Shown here piece by piece: positions 60,709-64,000 of a stretch of 64,000 nucleotides of DNA (positions within the stretch are counted from its first letter, which is position 1; each line of letters opens with the position of its first letter). The translations under genes and the position numbers were made by a program. The stretch is from Marsupella aquatica (Eukaryota > Plantae > Marchantiophyta): positions 8,867,839 through 8,931,838 of the forward strand of contig OZ316893.1 of assembly GCA_973895155.1 (NCBI GenBank), given 5' to 3'. Below the pieces are notes generated by a model. The model was not told the origin of the DNA, made no database searches, and saw nothing but the letters and a program-made list of their open reading frames with translations.

Positions 60709-62626
60709 TTTATGGTAACTCTTTAAAAAAGCTATGGCCATAAGATTTGCCAGTTGAGAATCCTATCCTGAAACTGGGGAACGGAGAAGCCTGGATAGAC
60801 ACAAAGGTTTGACAAGGTGCTCAGATGGACTGATGGAACCCACTAGACATAATCCAAATGTGCTTAGAGTACTTTAATTGGTTCTATTTTGTAACACTAT
60901 TGTTTGATTATGTCCATTGGATCGAGTCTCCATAACTATTCTTTGTGTCTATCATGGGGTTATAAGCCTGAAATTGGAAAAAGAAGAAAATTTTATAGTT
61001 TTCTCGGTTCTTAATTAAAGTTGGCAATATTATCTTGGCTGGAAAGATCCTTCGGTCCAATCTATTTCTAAGGAGCATAATACTAGTTGATTTGGTACAT
61101 GTAGCAAGGGAGATGTATTTTCTGGTCAAAAACTTCTGGAAGTGGAAGGACCAACACAACCTAGATGGACTGCAGAAAATCCTTTATAAAATCCTTTAAT
61201 TTTGTACTGCATTAGATAGCCTTTTTCCTTTAAGTCTCATGGTAGGTGAGAGAAATGTGAAAAGGGAGAAGTCTTGTACTCTTCTCATTTTATATGGCCT
61301 GTGGTGGTTTAATTAAAATCTCAAGTTTTTTTGGTCAACAGCAACCCGGTCCACTCAGGTACGTTGCAAGGTTTGTGTGAGTGGTTCATAAGAGCATAAC
61401 TTTCCGTCATTTGATGACATAAAAAATTATTAATGTTAAGCACTGGGCTGCGCTACCCAGGATGACACTAGGGTACTAAGGTAAGGCACAAGGTTCTGCT
61501 TTTTTTAGTCAAACAACAACCTAGTCCATCCTGGTTGCAAGGTTCATGTAAAATGCTCAGTCCCAGCATTATTTTCTGTTAACTTACTAATAGATCTTGA
61601 TGAGAAGCTAAAGTTGGGGTTCTAGACTTCTAGAGTGAAATCTCTAGATAAAACTCTAGTACCTCACCAAGATTTATCTGTATAGAACCATAAGATATCA
61701 TATATGTCAAAATGATAATCATGAATGATGATTTTTGTCATCAGTTTTTATTAACATTTAAAGAATGGGTATACAAGATCTTTCAATGTGAATAGAATTA
61801 ATGGTTAGAATAATAACGGGCCTTCAGGCTCATGTGATGAAAATAGAATTAATGTTTAGAGGTTGGCTTTGCAAACAGGCACTACATATAGGTTAATGAC
61901 AGTTTGGTCTCGGCGGCTCTAGCCTGGAAGTTAGTCATTATCATACATAATTCTTGTTAGGAAATGAGGTTACCAGTGTGTAACCTTTTCTACTATTAGG
62001 TGCCACCATTTCCATAACTTTGTGCCCAGAAAGTCTTGCCCGGTAATTTTTTTTCCAGGCAGATATTATATATGATAAGGACTAATTGGGCTGGTGTTAT
62101 TGTCTGAAACTTGTTCACACGAAGCTCAGACAAACTTCCTGGCTGCCGCCAATCAACATTTCCACAGATGAACATTTCCTCACTTTCTTATCACAAGGTT
62201 CCAGACTAGTAACCCCAGACCAATCCCTCATTACCCTATACTATTATCTGTTCCAAAAATAGATTACCAGGTAAGACTTTCGGCATTTCTTCACTTTCTG
62301 GTCACAAAGTTACAAACTAGTAACCCCAGACCAATCGGTCATTACCATATACTATTGGTCATTACCCTATACTATTACCTGCTTCAAAAATAGATCACCA
62401 GGTAGGTAAGACTTTCCTCTAAATTTTTGGGCAGAGGGTTCTCCATTTTTGGGCCAAATGGTAGCATTTAATAGAAAAGATTAGTAGAATTATAATATTG
62501 TGGTAAGGCACGAGGTTGCAACGTTGCAGTCGTGGTTCAGGAGCGTCACCAGTTACTGTAGTAAGGCTCCTTGGTCCTTCATTGTAGTCTTTGGTCCAGG
62601 AGCGTCACCAGTCTCCTCGTTGTGAG

Positions 62627-62663
62627 CTCTCTCTCCCTCCCTCTTTCTCTCTCTCTCTCTCTC
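62627..62663 (+). repeat. (CT)n tract, likely in the promoter or 5' leader of the fucosyltransferase gene
   Basis: CT-rich microsatellite about 800 bp upstream of the ATG. Confidence 0.7.
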
Positions 62664-63460
62664 GATCGATGCGCTCGTTTGTTTGATTTGTCTCCTCGAT
62701 TGCAAGTACAATAGTGGGTTGAAGCAATTTGTTCAAGCTCCACGCAGCAATCAATCTGATCTCAGCTCTCTTAATTAATTCACAACTTGTGCCGTTCTTT
62801 CAAGCCGTTCGCAACCTGGTCGAAGCAACTTTTTCCGCAAGCTTCCTCGAAGAGATTTGAGCTCGATTGCGCTCCTTCGCTACGTACTACTGCGTTAGGT
62901 TTGAGCGCTTTGTGAAAACTCGGGATATGAGAGTTCGCTTTGCAAACACTCTGTGTCTGTGCACGGGCTTTGAGATCACCCTTTCGGTGGTCTTTGAATT
63001 CAGTGGTCGTTGAATTTGACGGACGGTCTAAAATTTCTGCGGTGATGGCTCCGCAGTTTGCTTGAATGTCTCTGCCTCAATCGGGGCTCTCAGTCGGGGC
63101 TCCGGTTGTCCTGCTCTAGCGAGCAACTCACTGACAAAATGAAGAATCCTGGCCGGTTTCTTCCCCTGTGACGTGCGATTTCCGCCTCTCTCTGCCGGAC
63201 GGACGGACAACAATTTTGTTGAGGAGATGCCTCGGGGAATGAGTGTTTCGCAACAGCAACAGCAACAGCAGGAGTAGGAGCTGCAGCAAGAGGGGGAATC
63301 TTTTGCTCCTGATGTACGGGAGCTAGGTCAGGGAATTGTAAGGGGTTCGGAGTATCTAAATGAGTGTTTTGCAACAGCAACAGCAGGAGCAGGGGCTGCA
63401 GCACCACGCGGACGGGGGAGAGGAGCAGGGGCAGGAGGAGCTCTAAGGCAAGAGATAGTG

Positions 63461-64000
63461 ATGGCTGGGCGACGGATATGGAACAGATTGACAATGATTC
63501 TAGTGGTCATCGTCCTTTCGGGAGAAATCGCATCACTCCTGTTCTTAGATCGGCTCGATTCATTGTCGATTAGATCTTTGACTTCGTGGACGCGTTCCAC
63601 GTCGCGTCCGGATAAGCCGAAGTTGTCCAGTGGGGTGCAAGACGATTCAATTGAGGTTTTCCCCGCGCAAAACAATTGCGAGGCATGGCTGGAAGAGGTG
63701 GACAGATTGCCTGCAGGCCGGAACTTCGTAATGGATCCGGTCCTGGTGATTTTCGGTGAATCGCAGGACTGGGAGAGCTGTGGTGTGGGATGTATTTTCA
63801 GATCCAACGGTGACGACCCAGACGGAGCGTTCACGAAAGGTACAATAGGTCCTCCCTACAGGCAAGACGGAAGCTCCCACATACTTCGTTCCATGGAATC
63901 TGCAACGTACTACCCCGAGAACAATCTGGCAACTGCGCACGCTTCAGGCTACGATGTGGTGATGACCACCAGCCTTGCATCTGACGTCCCAGTTGGCTAT
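63461..64000 (+). CDS. FUT11: Core alpha-1,3-fucosyltransferase (GT10, FucT-A/FUT11-like), 5' part, runs off the window end; absent from the supplied ORF track
   Basis: Manual translation: MAGRRIWNRLTMILVVIVLSGEIASLLFLDRLD...CEAWLEEVD...DPV...WESCGVGC...PDGAF...LRSMESATYYPENN...GYDVVMTTSLASDVPVGY, matching plant core alpha-1,3-FucT motifs. Confidence 0.9.
   Translation, partial: MAGRRIWNRLTMILVVIVLSGEIASLLFLDRLDSLSIRSLTSWTRSTSRPDKPKLSSGVQDDSIEVFPAQNNCEAWLEEVDRLPAGRNFVMDPVLVIFGESQDWESCGVGCIFRSNGDDPDGAFTKGTIGPPYRQDGSSHILRSMESATYYPENNLATAHASGYDVVMTTSLASDVPVGY

Noticed and set aside
63090-63940. Minus-strand ORFs near the window end
   Set aside because: Antisense shadows of the fucosyltransferase CDS and its CAG-rich leader.

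Overview
Eukaryotic land-plant genomic DNA (GT-AG introns, LRR receptor kinases, GT47 and GT10 glycosyltransferases); the lineage cannot be fixed from sequence. The first 24 kb is a nested DNA-transposon complex. A decayed hAT (BED/DUF659) element of about 4.7-23.8 kb carries cargo genes for a protein kinase and a coiled-coil/RING protein. Its transposase gene is split by a younger 9,716-bp element (11525-21240) with perfect 15-bp TIRs and an 8-bp TSD (GTTTGGTA). This inner element encodes an apparently intact, two-exon, 1,490-aa P-element/THAP9-like transposase, a stand-alone EDM2-type PHD-finger protein, a second PHD-like ORF and a tRNA-like Pol III cassette. A 283-bp MITE at 895-1177 shares its end architecture. 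Further right are a 3'-truncated Bianca-type Ty1/copia element, two tandem LRR receptor kinases (one 8 LRRs shorter with a triplicated TM segment, the other with HRD>QRD and a late frameshift), a copia RT-RNaseH relic, an intronless GT47-A glycosyltransferase, and the 5' part of a core alpha-1,3-fucosyltransferase. All family assignments rest on motifs recognised by eye; no database searches were run.
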